Positions 11,410 to 22,098 of a stretch of DNA of 64,000 nucleotides are shown piece by piece (the first letter of the stretch is position 1; each line of letters opens with the position of its first letter). The notes under the pieces were generated by a model. The model was not told the DNA's origin, made no database searches, and worked only from the letters and a program-made list of their open reading frames with translations. The stretch is taken from NCBI GenBank assembly GCA_047602425.1, contig JASGHG010000001.1, positions 5,094,925 to 5,158,924 of the forward strand, given 5' to 3'. The stretch comes from Nibricoccus sp. (lineage in GTDB: Bacteria > Verrucomicrobiota > Verrucomicrobiia > Opitutales > Opitutaceae). A program made the position numbers and the translations under genes.

Positions 11410-12615
11410 ATGGAAACTAATCCAACCCCCGCGCCCGCTGTGCCTTCCGCTAATCCTGCGGTTGCCACGCCGGCTCCTGCTGCTCCCGCGCCTGCACCCG
11501 AAAACGTGATCCGTGTCGAAGGCATCCTCGACATCGACACTCAAAAAGGCGGCAACGGCCAGCTGCTCGACCCCACCCGCTCGGGCAAACGCCGCCCTAC
11601 CGATACTTTTGTGCCTAAGGAACTGATCCGCCGTTTCAAGCTGCGCTCCGGAAACATGATTACCGGCACCGCTTATCCGGCCGAGGGCCGTTTCCCCAAT
11701 CCAAAGATGAAATTCATCGAGAAAGTCGATGGCATCGATATCGACGAACGTCGCAAGATGTTTGATTTCAATGCGCTCACGACCGTCTCGCCCGACAAGA
11801 TGCTCAAGATGGAGCTCAAGGACGGACGCCTCACGACGCGCGCGGTCGACCTTTTCTGCCCCATCGGCAAAGGCACTCGCGGCCTCATCGTCGCACCGCC
11901 TCGTACCGGCAAAACCACGCTCTTGCGCGACATGGCGCTCGGCGTGTTGGAAAACAATCCGGAATGTCACGTCGTCATTCTGCTCGTCGACGAACGTCCT
12001 GAGGAAGTCACCGATTTCAAACGCAGCGTTCCCGCCGAAATCTGGGCCTCGTCCAACGACGAACAGATCGAGAACCATCTTCGCATCGCCGATCTCTGTA
12101 TTGAGCGTTGCAAACGGCTCGTCGAAACCGGCAAGCACGTCGTCCTTTTCCTCGATTCGATCACTCGTCTCGCCCGCGCGCATAACACTGCTCGCAATTC
12201 CGGCCGCACCGGCTCTGGCGGTCTCGATGTCCGTGCCCTTGAAAAACCGCGTCAGCTCTTCGCCGCCGCGCGCAATACCGAGGAAGCCGGCTCGCTCACC
12301 ATCGTGGCTTCCGTGCTCGTCGAAACCGGCAGCCGCATGGACGATGTAATTTTCCAGGAGTTCAAAGGCACCGGCAACATGGAGCTCGTGCTCGACCGCA
12401 AGTGCGCCGAAATGCGCCTCTGGCCCGCGATCAACATCGCTTCGTCCGGCACGCGTAAAGAAGAACTCCTCATCGACGCCACGAAACTCGAGGGCATTCA
12501 TTTCTTCCGTCGCGCTTTGGTCCAAACGAGGATTGAGGAAGCCACCGAGACGATGATCACGCGTCTCTCGAAGACGAAGACCAACGACGAGTTCCTAAAA
12601 CTCATCGCGCGCTGA
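11410..12615 (+). CDS. rho: Transcription termination factor Rho (short form)
   Basis: [46 protein letters not shown]. Confidence 0.95.
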   Translation: METNPTPAPAVPSANPAVATPAPAAPAPAPENVIRVEGILDIDTQKGGNGQLLDPTRSGKRRPTDTFVPKELIRRFKLRSGNMITGTAYPAEGRFPNPKMKFIEKVDGIDIDERRKMFDFNALTTVSPDKMLKMELKDGRLTTRAVDLFCPIGKGTRGLIVAPPRTGKTTLLRDMALGVLENNPECHVVILLVDERPEEVTDFKRSVPAEIWASSNDEQIENHLRIADLCIERCKRLVETGKHVVLFLDSITRLARAHNTARNSGRTGSGGLDVRALEKPRQLFAAARNTEEAGSLTIVASVLVETGSRMDDVIFQEFKGTGNMELVLDRKCAEMRLWPAINIASSGTRKEELLIDATKLEGIHFFRRALVQTRIEEATETMITRLSKTKTNDEFLKLIAR

Positions 12616-12651
12616 ACTCAATCGCGCCGCACGCGCGTTTTCCGTTTCACG

Positions 12652-13014
12652 ATGCGAAAGTTATTCAACAGCTTTCGCTTCGCCTTCGCCGGGTTCGCCT
12701 ATTTGCTGCGCACCCAGCGCAATGCTCGCATTCATTCGCTCGCGGCTCTTTTTGTCGTTGGCGCCGGTTTGTATTTCAATGTCGCACGCACGGACTGGGC
12801 CTGGCTGATTGCCGCCATCGCATGGGTTTTCGCCGCCGAAGCACTGAACACGGCAATCGAAATTCTCGCTGACCGTGTCACGACCGAACTCGACGAAAAA
12901 ATCCGCCACGCCAAAGATGTTTCCGCCGCAGCGGTTTTGATTTCAGCCGTGGGCGCAGTTGGCGTCGGCGTGGCGATTCTCGGCCCGTATTGCCTGCGTT
13001 TACTCGCCCAATAG
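12652..13014 (+). CDS. dgkA: Diacylglycerol/undecaprenol kinase family
   Basis: EALNTAIE and AKDVSAAAVL motifs; 120 aa, membrane. Confidence 0.85.
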   Translation: MRKLFNSFRFAFAGFAYLLRTQRNARIHSLAALFVVGAGLYFNVARTDWAWLIAAIAWVFAAEALNTAIEILADRVTTELDEKIRHAKDVSAAAVLISAVGAVGVGVAILGPYCLRLLAQ

Positions 13015-13055
13015 ACGATTCTTCCGACGAGGAAACGCCAACGAGCGAGCGCCGG

Positions 13056-13793
13056 TTAGAGATGCCAGCCCAAGTAGAGATTGGCCTCAAACGAGTTTAC
13101 GCCGACCGTCTCCGCCGATCGCGTGGCCCATGGAGACGACGGAATTTTCATCTTTAAGGATGTGTACGTGCAGGTGAATCCGATGGAAAAATTATTGGAG
13201 ATCTTTTTGTCGATACCGATTAGGACGGCAGGAGTCATTTTACTCTCAGATTCCTCCGCGTAGGTATTCGACCGATACAAAAGCGCCGGATTAACGACAG
13301 CGCCGCTCATATAAATAGATTCAAAATGAGAGGAGATTTTGCTCTTCGTGACACCCGCCCCGAAAATGATCCGGCTGTCGTCGGAGACAGCATGCGTATA
13401 AACCGGCATGAGCGAGATCGTGGTGGGTTTGTAGACAAGCGCGTGACGTTGATATTTGTCCGGACCGCTTCCCGTTGCCCAAACCACGTCAGGGTATTCC
13501 GGAAATGCCATTTCCACTTCGCCCTTGCCAAATTTCGCGTAGGAAATCTGAAGGCTCCAATTTTCGGTGAAGTTGTAGCCCGCCGTGAGCCGGGCCACGC
13601 TCACGTTCGAACGTCTGCCCCTCGCATTCAAAACTTCGCCATTCGCCGCGACTGCCACGGGATTGGTCACCGAAAAAGGGCTGACATGCAACACCGAGAT
13701 GCCGCCGCCCGCCGTGACATATGGGCCGACTTTTTGTCCAAAAACCGGGGTGGAAAAAACAACGACTACCGCCAACAAACTTGTGAATTTCAT
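13056..13793 (-). CDS. Outer-membrane beta-barrel protein (OmpA-like TM domain)
   Basis: Signal peptide, AGYNFTENWSLQISY, C-terminal LYLGWHL. Confidence 0.7.
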   Translation of the reverse strand: MKFTSLLAVVVVFSTPVFGQKVGPYVTAGGGISVLHVSPFSVTNPVAVAANGEVLNARGRRSNVSVARLTAGYNFTENWSLQISYAKFGKGEVEMAFPEYPDVVWATGSGPDKYQRHALVYKPTTISLMPVYTHAVSDDSRIIFGAGVTKSKISSHFESIYMSGAVVNPALLYRSNTYAEESESKMTPAVLIGIDKKISNNFSIGFTCTYTSLKMKIPSSPWATRSAETVGVNSFEANLYLGWHL

Positions 13794-13897
13794 AAAATGA
13801 AAGCTTCGTCGGAGATGCAAAAAACTAACTCATTAAGCAACCCAAAAGCCGGATGTGTGCGTATTTATTGATCCAGGTTGATGAATGGGTACCCAAT

Positions 13898-13921
13898 TCT
13901 TACGTGCTTTTGCACGTAAGA
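13898..13921. promoter_or_regulatory. Perfect palindrome, candidate operator
   Basis: TCTTACGTGC-tttt-GCACGTAAGA about 105 bp upstream of the beta-barrel gene. Confidence 0.4.
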
Positions 13922-14502
13922 TTGTTGAAGGACCGGAGCCAGCGGATGACGCAAATTCGAGCCGATAGCTGACGGTTCGTCAAAAATCGTTTCTCGTCAC
14001 CATGAGCCCATCGCGCCGCTAGAGCGCGTACAATAAAACTGTAGCCGTAAATCGGTGTTATGCACCGAGCTGTCTTCGGAGGGGCGCAGTCTTGCTGCGC
14101 CCTTTCTGTGGCAAAGCCAAACCGGCCGCAGCAAGACTGCGCCCCTCCGCCTTTTCTTCATTGAAACAAAGCAGATGGACGTTTCCAGGGTCCCGAGACG
14201 CCAACTAAAGGCATCGCTTGGGCGTGGCCGCCGGATAGGCCTGAGCTCATTATGCTGAGCTTGGTTTAGGACTTTCACTCCAGTTCGCGAAGAATGACAT
14301 GGAAACCATTGGCTCGACGAGTGCCTGAGCGGTTATCGAGCCTCCCTGCCACCAGAAAACGTGCTCATTTAGCACGTCCCAAAAATAAGACTGTCTGCCA
14401 CCGCTAAGACTTTTCACAAATTCCATCTTGCGCCGCAGGGATAAACCCTGACACAACTTACCTTCCGCTGCGCGCGCGGTGCGCCAGCACTAGACCAAAT
14501 AC

Positions 14503-16263
14503 ATGCATAGTTTTTCCGAGCAATGTCTCGACATGGCCCGCTCGATGTTGGGCCACAATCTGGACTCCATTCAGCCTGACGGTACCATCCTTCCTGCCCC
14601 TGGCGAACAACCCCGCCCCGACGAACCCGGCCACGCAGCCTTCGCCCTCGGCGAATTTTACCGCGCCACCGGCGAATCCAGCCTTAAAGGCTTCGACCTG
14701 ATCGACCTCGCCGCGCGCACCATCACCGCGCAGATGTTCACCGAGCCCGCCGCCGAAAACGGCCTCGCGTACGCCTCGCTCGGCCTCCTCGCCTTTGGTC
14801 CTTCCAAGGAACGCAATCCTGTCTGGGAACGCCTCGTCGACGAAACCCGCCAGCGTATCGACAAACAGCTTCTCCACCGCAGCGATTACGACAACCACTG
14901 GCAGGCCTTCAACGTCGCCAAGGCCGTCGCCCGTTTCTCGTTCGGTCTTTCCAAAAAGGATGAAACGTCGCGCCTCATTGAACGCATGTGCGATCGCATC
15001 GACCAAACCAGTTCCAACGGTTTCTTTGACGACTCCACCACCGGCTTCGGCGGAAATTTCAATCTCTATGGCGTGATGAGCTTCGTTTTCATCCGCTCCG
15101 CCCTCCAGCTTCACGCCAACAGCGGCGTCCGCGACCGCAAGCTCCCCACCCTCCGCACCTACGCCGAGAAGTACATCAAGATGATGCCTGACTTGGTTCG
15201 CGCCGATGGTTTGGGTTGGGCCTTTGGCCGCGCCGCCGGCGCCTACGGCCAGATGCACTGCATCAGTCTGATTCTCCAAGGTCTCCGCGACGGCTGGATC
15301 GCCGATGATCAAAAGCCGAAATACTACGACATCCTCCGCCGCCTGTTCGTATTTTTCTACCAAACTTACCTCGATCAGGAACACGGCTTCCTCGATCTTC
15401 GCGACGACGAACGCACTGCCTACGGTCACCACACGACCCGCATGGCCAACTTCGACGCCGCCCGCTACCTCTGCCAGTGGTCGCGTCTCGCAAAGACCGT
15501 GCAGATGCCCGCCGGCATGCCGAAAATCGAAGCGCCTCGCACCACCGGCCGCTTCGTCATTTTCGACAAATCGAATCGCAAGGAACAAGGCCTCTTCCTC
15601 TATCGCTGCGCCGAAAGCGGTCTGCACGCGCAGATTCCTCTCATCAGCTCCGGCCCGACGCTCGTCGCCGACTCGCTGCCCTTCCCTCATTGCCCCGGCG
15701 TCTTCGATTGGCCGAATAACATTTACGCGCCCGTGATGATTCCCGAACTCACCTTCGGCGAACACGTCACCATCCCCGCCTTCTACGGCAAGAACTGCGT
15801 CACTGGCCTTGGGCTGCGCAATAGTTTCTATTTCCGCTACGAACAGCCCGAGCTCATCGACACGAAGGAAGAAATCGTGAAGAACCTCGGCAGCGTGAAG
15901 GTTCAGTGGAATTTCGCCGGCAACAAGATCAGCGCCGAATTCGCCTATACCGTAAAGCAACAGGTGGAGCTCACCAAGTTCCGCTACATGATCGCCATTG
16001 CCGCGCCGCATTCGAAATACCATGTCGGCGGCGCGCTCGCGCTCGGTCCTCAAGGCCATCGTTGCACGGTGCAAAAGGACGATTTCCAAGCCACCTGGCA
16101 GGAAACCGAAGTCGTCAGTGCCGATCCAACGTACCGCACCAATTACGGCAAGATTCACTACTTGCAGTACCTCGTGCGCGATCATCCGCTGATCATGCGT
16201 CCCGGCCAGACTTATCGCCTCGCCGTCAACTTCGAACCCGAAGTCACGCACGTCGATGGTTGA
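14503..16263 (+). CDS. Hypothetical protein, 586 aa
   Basis: Long ORF with host-like C-ending codons; no motif I can name. Confidence 0.85.
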   Translation: MHSFSEQCLDMARSMLGHNLDSIQPDGTILPAPGEQPRPDEPGHAAFALGEFYRATGESSLKGFDLIDLAARTITAQMFTEPAAENGLAYASLGLLAFGPSKERNPVWERLVDETRQRIDKQLLHRSDYDNHWQAFNVAKAVARFSFGLSKKDETSRLIERMCDRIDQTSSNGFFDDSTTGFGGNFNLYGVMSFVFIRSALQLHANSGVRDRKLPTLRTYAEKYIKMMPDLVRADGLGWAFGRAAGAYGQMHCISLILQGLRDGWIADDQKPKYYDILRRLFVFFYQTYLDQEHGFLDLRDDERTAYGHHTTRMANFDAARYLCQWSRLAKTVQMPAGMPKIEAPRTTGRFVIFDKSNRKEQGLFLYRCAESGLHAQIPLISSGPTLVADSLPFPHCPGVFDWPNNIYAPVMIPELTFGEHVTIPAFYGKNCVTGLGLRNSFYFRYEQPELIDTKEEIVKNLGSVKVQWNFAGNKISAEFAYTVKQQVELTKFRYMIAIAAPHSKYHVGGALALGPQGHRCTVQKDDFQATWQETEVVSADPTYRTNYGKIHYLQYLVRDHPLIMRPGQTYRLAVNFEPEVTHVDG

Positions 16264-16381
16264 GCGCTCACGCGCACAGCCAGTTTAAGCGGAAAGTTTA
16301 AGTTGAAGGAAACGTAACTGCTCCCGCACGTGACCCGCACTCCAACTTAAACTTCGACTTACAACTTCAACTATTCGAGCG

Positions 16382-17143
16382 ATGCTCTCGCGAAGAATCA
16401 TTCCCTGCCTCGACGTCACCAAAGGCCGCGTCGTCAAAGGTGTGAAGTTCCAGGAACTTCGCGACGCCGGTGATCCCGTCGAATGCGCCAAAGCCTATGA
16501 CGCCCAAGGCGCGGACGAACTCGTTTTCCTCGATATTACCGCCTCCAGCGATGGCCGCGACATCATGCACGACGTCGTCGCTCGCACCGCCGAGCAATGC
16601 TTCATGCCCCTCACCGTCGGCGGCGGTCTGCGCTCCGTCGACGACATCGAGGCCATGCTGAAAAGCGGCGCCGACAAAGTCTCGCTCAATACCGCCGCGA
16701 TCAAGAATCCGCAGCTCATCGCTGACGCTTCCCGCCGGTTCGGCAACCAGTGCATCGTGGTCGCAATCGACGCCAAGCGCGAACCCGACGGCAAATCCTG
16801 GCGTGTCTACACCCACGGCGGACGCAATCCCACCGAACTCGACGCCGTCAAATGGGCCGCCCAAGCCGTCTCGCTCGGCGCCGGCGAAATTCTTCTCACG
16901 TCGATGGACTGCGACGGCATGCTCACCGGCTACGACGTCGCCCTCACCCGTGCCGTTAGTGACGCAGTAACCGTTCCAGTCATCGCCAGTGGCGGCGCCG
17001 GCAAAATGGAACACTTCGCCACCGTGCTCGACGAAGGCCGGGCCAGTGCCGTCCTCGCCGCCAGCCTCTTCCATTTCGGCACGTTCACGATCCCGCAGGT
17101 GAAAGATTATCTGTCGAACCACGGGGTACCGGTAAGACGGTAG
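16382..17143 (+). CDS. hisF: Imidazole glycerol phosphate synthase cyclase subunit
   Basis: [32 protein letters not shown]. Confidence 0.98.
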   Translation: MLSRRIIPCLDVTKGRVVKGVKFQELRDAGDPVECAKAYDAQGADELVFLDITASSDGRDIMHDVVARTAEQCFMPLTVGGGLRSVDDIEAMLKSGADKVSLNTAAIKNPQLIADASRRFGNQCIVVAIDAKREPDGKSWRVYTHGGRNPTELDAVKWAAQAVSLGAGEILLTSMDCDGMLTGYDVALTRAVSDAVTVPVIASGGAGKMEHFATVLDEGRASAVLAASLFHFGTFTIPQVKDYLSNHGVPVRR

Positions 17144-17162
17144 TTGAAAAAGGCGGTTACGA

Positions 17163-17486
17163 ATGAGAAAATCCGCCCTAATTCTAGTCTGTGTCGCCCT
17201 CGGAGTAATCTCTTTCATAGGAAGCCGAAAGCTAGAATACTCAAGAGCAGCAAGCCCCGATGGTGCCTTCGTCGCTATCGCAGAATATAGAGCATTCCGT
17301 TCATGGATGCCCATAGGTGTAGGCAGTAGTGGCGATAAATCTGGCTACATAAAAATCCTCTCAAAAGAAGGCAGAAATATCACCCAAGCTTCTTTGCCTC
17401 AGGTTTCGATGATCGACGACTTAAAGTGGACAAATGAAGAGGTTTCTATTGTCGGTATCGGCTCGTGGAAACTCAGTTCGCGATAG
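17163..17486 (+). CDS. Hypothetical exported protein, AT-rich
   Basis: 107-aa ORF with hydrophobic N-terminus; lower GC than neighbours. Confidence 0.6.
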   Translation: MRKSALILVCVALGVISFIGSRKLEYSRAASPDGAFVAIAEYRAFRSWMPIGVGSSGDKSGYIKILSKEGRNITQASLPQVSMIDDLKWTNEEVSIVGIGSWKLSSR

Positions 17487-17507
17487 ATATTCGATTTAGG
17501 CCTGCCC

Positions 17508-17888
17508 TCACCGCCGCCCGAACCCCCACGAGAATGCCAACTTAAACTTCTCGTTACCGCCAACGCGCACGCCGGCATACATTGTTTCGGCCATGCCGGT
17601 TTCATTGAGCAGCTTTGCCACGTCGATCATCAGCTCCGCGTCGGCAATCAGGCGCGCGACATCTTCGCCGGGATAACCACACCAATATTTTAGGTCGTGG
17701 AGAAAACCCGCCGGGTAAATGCTAACGCCTTTCCATTCGTTAACCCAGCCCGTGCAACCGTCGCTCTTGAAGGGACGTTTCGGCGGATCGCGTTCGATCT
17801 TTTTCCACAGCTCGACCAACCCGTAGTGTTCGCAGATCGCCTTGATTTCCGGAAGTGTCACTTCTTGACCGATGGGTGGGAGGTTCAT
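17508..17888 (-). CDS. Hypothetical protein with DGC..HD..Y..AD motif (phospholipase A2/DUF1353-like)
   Basis: SDGCTG, LHDLKYWCG, ADAEL, MYAGVRVGG, WGFG. Confidence 0.6.
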   Translation of the reverse strand: MNLPPIGQEVTLPEIKAICEHYGLVELWKKIERDPPKRPFKSDGCTGWVNEWKGVSIYPAGFLHDLKYWCGYPGEDVARLIADAELMIDVAKLLNETGMAETMYAGVRVGGNEKFKLAFSWGFGRR

Positions 17889-18028
17889 AACAGAATTCGG
17901 AGATTACATGAGTTTCCTAAGTTGCGCCACATCATAATCTCCCACAATACACGCGATGCATGTGAGTCGCTCAAAGTTCAGCGTTGAGCGCGCCCGTCTT
18001 CCTCCCTTTACTCCGCACTTCCCACAAC

Positions 18029-18529
18029 ATGCAGCAATTGCACGCCTACTGGCGCATGGAATACATCGCCGCGCCACGCCTTCCTGAAAGCAAACGTCCT
18101 TTCACCGATTTGCCCGCTCTCGGCGACGACCGCGCCGCTCTCATCGTTCATCGCACAAAACTTTCGTACCTGATTCTCAATCGCTTTCCCTATAATCCAG
18201 GTCACTTGCTCGCGATTCCGTTCCGCGAGGTGCCCGACATCGAAGACCTCACCCCCGAGGAGAACGCCGACCTTTTCGCCATCATTACATTCGCCAAACG
18301 TCTCCTGCGCACGGCGCTCAAGGCCGATGGTTTCAACATCGGCTTCAATCTCGGCACCGCCTCCGGTGGCAGTATCGCCCACTTGCATGGCCACATCGTT
18401 CCGCGCTGGCATGGCGACAACAACTTCATGCCCGTCCTCGGACAGACGCGCGTCCTCCCCGAATGTCTCGAAACCACTTGGGAGAAACTCGCCGCAGAAG
18501 CAAAAAAACTCACTAACGCCAAAGCCTGA
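18029..18529 (+). CDS. HIT family hydrolase
   Basis: LNRFPYNPGH and HLHGHIVPRW histidine triad. Confidence 0.92.
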   Translation: MQQLHAYWRMEYIAAPRLPESKRPFTDLPALGDDRAALIVHRTKLSYLILNRFPYNPGHLLAIPFREVPDIEDLTPEENADLFAIITFAKRLLRTALKADGFNIGFNLGTASGGSIAHLHGHIVPRWHGDNNFMPVLGQTRVLPECLETTWEKLAAEAKKLTNAKA

Positions 18530-18589
18530 CGCATCGCGCGGGCCTCAACTTAAACTTCACGCTTCAACTGCGATTCCATCGCCGAACCC

Positions 18590-19564
18590 GTGCCCTCGAA
18601 AACGCTGCGTTTCCCCAGTCCGCGCCACCTCCACCAGCTCTACGCCGGTCGGGAGGACACGCTGGCCTACGCCGAACAACAGCTTAGCGTAAAGCTCGTC
18701 ACTCGCGAAGACTGGCTCAAGGTCGATGGTCCCGACACCGCCATCGCCAATGTCGAAGCGCTTTTCGGCTTTCTCAATGACGCACGGACCCAGGGCGTCG
18801 CCATTCGCCCCCAGGACTTTCACCGTTTCGTCGACCTGATTGCCCGCGGTCAGATCGAACAGCTCCGCGCGCTCTTTGGCGAACCACTCGTTATCTCCAC
18901 GCAGCGCAAGACCATTGTCCCGAAAACGCTCGGACAAAAACTCTATCTCCAATCCATTCAAAAAAACCCGGTGGTCTTCGGTATCGGTCCGGCCGGCACC
19001 GGCAAAACCTATCTCGCGATGGCGGCGGCCGTTTCCGCGCTGCTAAAAAACGAGGTTCAGCGCATTGTCCTCACCCGCCCCGCCGTCGAAGCCGGCGAAG
19101 CCCTCGGTTTCCTTCCCGGCGATCTTCGAGAAAAAATTCTTCCCTATCTGCGGCCGCTTTACGATGCGATGCATGACATGCTCGACGCCGAGGATGTCTC
19201 CCGCTTGACCGAAAAAGGCGTGATCGAAATCGCTCCGCTCGCCTACATGCGCGGCCGTACGCTGAGCAACGCTTTCATCGTGCTCGACGAAGCTCAGAAT
19301 ACCACGCCCGAGCAAATGATGATGTTCCTCACCCGCCTCGGCGAAGACTCCCGCATGGTCGTCACCGGCGATGTCACGCAAATCGACCTGCCTCGTTCAA
19401 AATCCTCCGGACTTCTCGAAGTCCAGCGTATCCTCAACAACATTCCCGGCATCGAATTTCACCTCCTTAGCGGTGCAGATGTCGTTCGTCATCCGCTTGT
19501 TCTAAAGATTATCGACGCCTATGAACGTTACAAATATCCGATGGGCGAAGACGCGAAATCCTGA
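18590..19564 (+). CDS. phoH: PhoH-family ATPase (YbeZ-like)
   Basis: GPAGTGKT, RPAVEAGE, AYMRGRT, DEAQN. Confidence 0.93.
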   Translation: MPSKTLRFPSPRHLHQLYAGREDTLAYAEQQLSVKLVTREDWLKVDGPDTAIANVEALFGFLNDARTQGVAIRPQDFHRFVDLIARGQIEQLRALFGEPLVISTQRKTIVPKTLGQKLYLQSIQKNPVVFGIGPAGTGKTYLAMAAAVSALLKNEVQRIVLTRPAVEAGEALGFLPGDLREKILPYLRPLYDAMHDMLDAEDVSRLTEKGVIEIAPLAYMRGRTLSNAFIVLDEAQNTTPEQMMMFLTRLGEDSRMVVTGDVTQIDLPRSKSSGLLEVQRILNNIPGIEFHLLSGADVVRHPLVLKIIDAYERYKYPMGEDAKS

Positions 19565-19618
19565 TCTTTTCACGCCAAGCTGGACTTCTTTGGTAGAATA
19601 ACCGACCGCGACACCCAC

Positions 19619-22060
19619 ATGTCCCTCCTTTCACGACTTCAGAGTCTGGCCCGACTCAAGCCTTCACCGCCGCGGCGCAAGACAGCCCAAGTCTCCGGCA
19701 CCATGGAGTTTCTCGAGACCAGCCGTCTCGTGGCCGGCTTTATCTTCGTCGTCACTGTCGCGGCGATCGTGCTCATCAGCTTCGTTGGCGTAAATACCGC
19801 CAGCCTGCCCGTTTTGCCGAACCAATACGCCACCGTCCGCATCGTGGCCAGTGCGCCTTTCAGCTACGAAAGCCTCGAGAAAAAACGCGTCGCGCTCGAC
19901 CAGCTCAAAAACCGCGTTCCTCCTGTCTACCGGATCGAGCTCGAACCTTTGCACCAGTTCGAAACGCATTTGCGCGAACTTCTCGGCCAGCTCGAAAAAA
20001 TCGAGTCCGAATATCCCGCCGCCAACGTTCCCTCGATCCCCCGCCAAAATGCGTTGGCCGAACTCTCCGAATCCTTCAACGCCCGGGGCGGCTACCGCAC
20101 CAGCCCCGAAGATATTTCCGCGCTGCTCGCCGCCGGCGATGCCAAAGCCCGCTTCAACCTTGTCGAAAACGGCCTCGTTGCCCTCCGCGAAATCTACGCT
20201 CAAGGCGTCCAGGACGAACGCATCCTCGGAAACAATTCCGCGGCCGGTGCAGCGTCCACGTTCACCGTTTTCCAGGTTAAAAAACCCAGCGGCGAAATTG
20301 CTCAGCGCTCCGTCCAATCGCTGGAGGACGCCCTGACCTTTCTGCGCATCAACCTCGCCGCCGAAGGTAACGGCCGCGAAACCGCCCTCGCCCTGTTTCG
20401 CATTTTCCGCAATGGCGTGAAGCCGAACCTTTCCTATGATGGAAATGCCACGCGCGCCGCGCAAAATGACGCCGTCAAGAACTTCAAACCCATCACCGTC
20501 AGCGTCGATCAAGGCCAGACCATCATCGAACCCGGCACCCGCGTCACCGCCGAGCAATACGAAATGCTCGAAGCCCACCGCGCCTACGTGCTGGAACACA
20601 AGGACACGCCTTTCAACGAGGGACTTCAGCTCTTCGGCCGCATCCTCCTCGTGCTCGCGATGGTCATGGCCAGCGCCATCTACATCCGCATGGAGGACCA
20701 CGAAACCCTCCAAAGCAACGGACGCCTCGGCCTGCTCGCCCTCGTTGTCATCATCAATCTTGCGCTCGTTCGTTTCACTTACTGGCTCGGCGGTCTCACA
20801 TATTTCATGAGCGATACGACGGCGACCTCGCTTCTGCCCTACTGCGCGCCCACCGCGCTCGCCGCCATCATTGTCGCCATCCTGATCGACACGGGTTCGG
20901 CCATGTCGATGGCGCTCTTTATTTCGATTTTCACCAGCATCATTTACGGCCAGCGCGTCGATCTGCTCGTCCTCACTTTCCTGGCATCGATGGTTGCCAT
21001 CTCCAGCTGCCGTCAGATCCGCCGCCGCGGCAAAATCGTCAGTGCCGCCGGTCTCGGAGGTCTCACCGTCGCCGTTTTTGCCCTGCTGATTGGCTTTATC
21101 GATCAGTTCCCCTTCCTCACAATCGTCAAACAGATGATAGCAGGCCTCTCCACCGGCCTCGCCACTGGCGTGATCGTGGCCGGTTTGCTGCCCGTGCTCG
21201 AAGCCCTTTTCAAACGCACGACGGACATCACGCTGCTAGAGCTCACTGATTTCAACCATCCGATGCTCCGGCTCATGCAGATGGAGGCGCCCGGCACCTA
21301 CCATCATTCGCTCGTCGTCGCCCAGCTTTCTGAAAACGCCGCCAACGCCATCGGTGCCAATCCGCTCGTCGCTCGTGTTTGCGCCATGTTTCACGACATC
21401 GGCAAAACCAAGAAGCCCGAATACTTCACCGAAAATCAGCGCGACCGCCTCAACCCCCACGACGAAAACAATCCGTCTCTTTCCGCGCTCATCATCAAGG
21501 CCCATGTGAAGGACGGCGTCGATCTCGCCCTGAAGCACAAGCTCCCGCGCATGGTGATCGATGTCATCCAACAACACCACGGCACCACGCTGATCCGGTA
21601 TTTTTTCCAACGCGCCCTTCAGGAAAAACGCACCTCTTCCAACCTCGGTCAAGCCAACCCTGCGATTCTGCGCGTTCCCGCACCAGCCTCAACCGACAAT
21701 CGCGATTCGCTCAGCGGCAATACCGCTCCCGGTCTCGATCCGGTGCGCCCGTGCGAGACGACCTATCGCTACGACGGTCCTCGCCCTCAATTCAAGGAAA
21801 GCGCCATCATCCACCTTGCGGACGCCGTGGAAGCCGCCTCGCGCTCCATGCGCAAGGTGACGCCGCAACACTTGGGCGAACTTATCGACCAGGTTTTCCA
21901 TGAACGCATCGAAGACGGCCAGTTGGAGGAGGCGCCCATCACGTTCGAGGAGCTCAGCAAAATCAAAAGCAGCTTCACCTTCACGCTGCTCAATATGCTC
22001 CACTCCCGCGTAAGTTACGCGCCGCCTGAGGAAGCAGCCAAAGCCCAGCCCGCAAGCTGA
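19619..22060 (+). CDS. 7TM-HD phosphohydrolase (PgpH/YqfF-like)
   Basis: Extracellular domain, TM bundle, APGTYHHS, FHDIGK, QHHGT; typical neighbour of phoH. Confidence 0.9.
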   Translation: MSLLSRLQSLARLKPSPPRRKTAQVSGTMEFLETSRLVAGFIFVVTVAAIVLISFVGVNTASLPVLPNQYATVRIVASAPFSYESLEKKRVALDQLKNRVPPVYRIELEPLHQFETHLRELLGQLEKIESEYPAANVPSIPRQNALAELSESFNARGGYRTSPEDISALLAAGDAKARFNLVENGLVALREIYAQGVQDERILGNNSAAGAASTFTVFQVKKPSGEIAQRSVQSLEDALTFLRINLAAEGNGRETALALFRIFRNGVKPNLSYDGNATRAAQNDAVKNFKPITVSVDQGQTIIEPGTRVTAEQYEMLEAHRAYVLEHKDTPFNEGLQLFGRILLVLAMVMASAIYIRMEDHETLQSNGRLGLLALVVIINLALVRFTYWLGGLTYFMSDTTATSLLPYCAPTALAAIIVAILIDTGSAMSMALFISIFTSIIYGQRVDLLVLTFLASMVAISSCRQIRRRGKIVSAAGLGGLTVAVFALLIGFIDQFPFLTIVKQMIAGLSTGLATGVIVAGLLPVLEALFKRTTDITLLELTDFNHPMLRLMQMEAPGTYHHSLVVAQLSENAANAIGANPLVARVCAMFHDIGKTKKPEYFTENQRDRLNPHDENNPSLSALIIKAHVKDGVDLALKHKLPRMVIDVIQQHHGTTLIRYFFQRALQEKRTSSNLGQANPAILRVPAPASTDNRDSLSGNTAPGLDPVRPCETTYRYDGPRPQFKESAIIHLADAVEAASRSMRKVTPQHLGELIDQVFHERIEDGQLEEAPITFEELSKIKSSFTFTLLNMLHSRVSYAPPEEAAKAQPAS

Positions 22061-22098
22061 AGCCGCGAACCATTTCGAACCAGCCAGCCGCGAAGACC

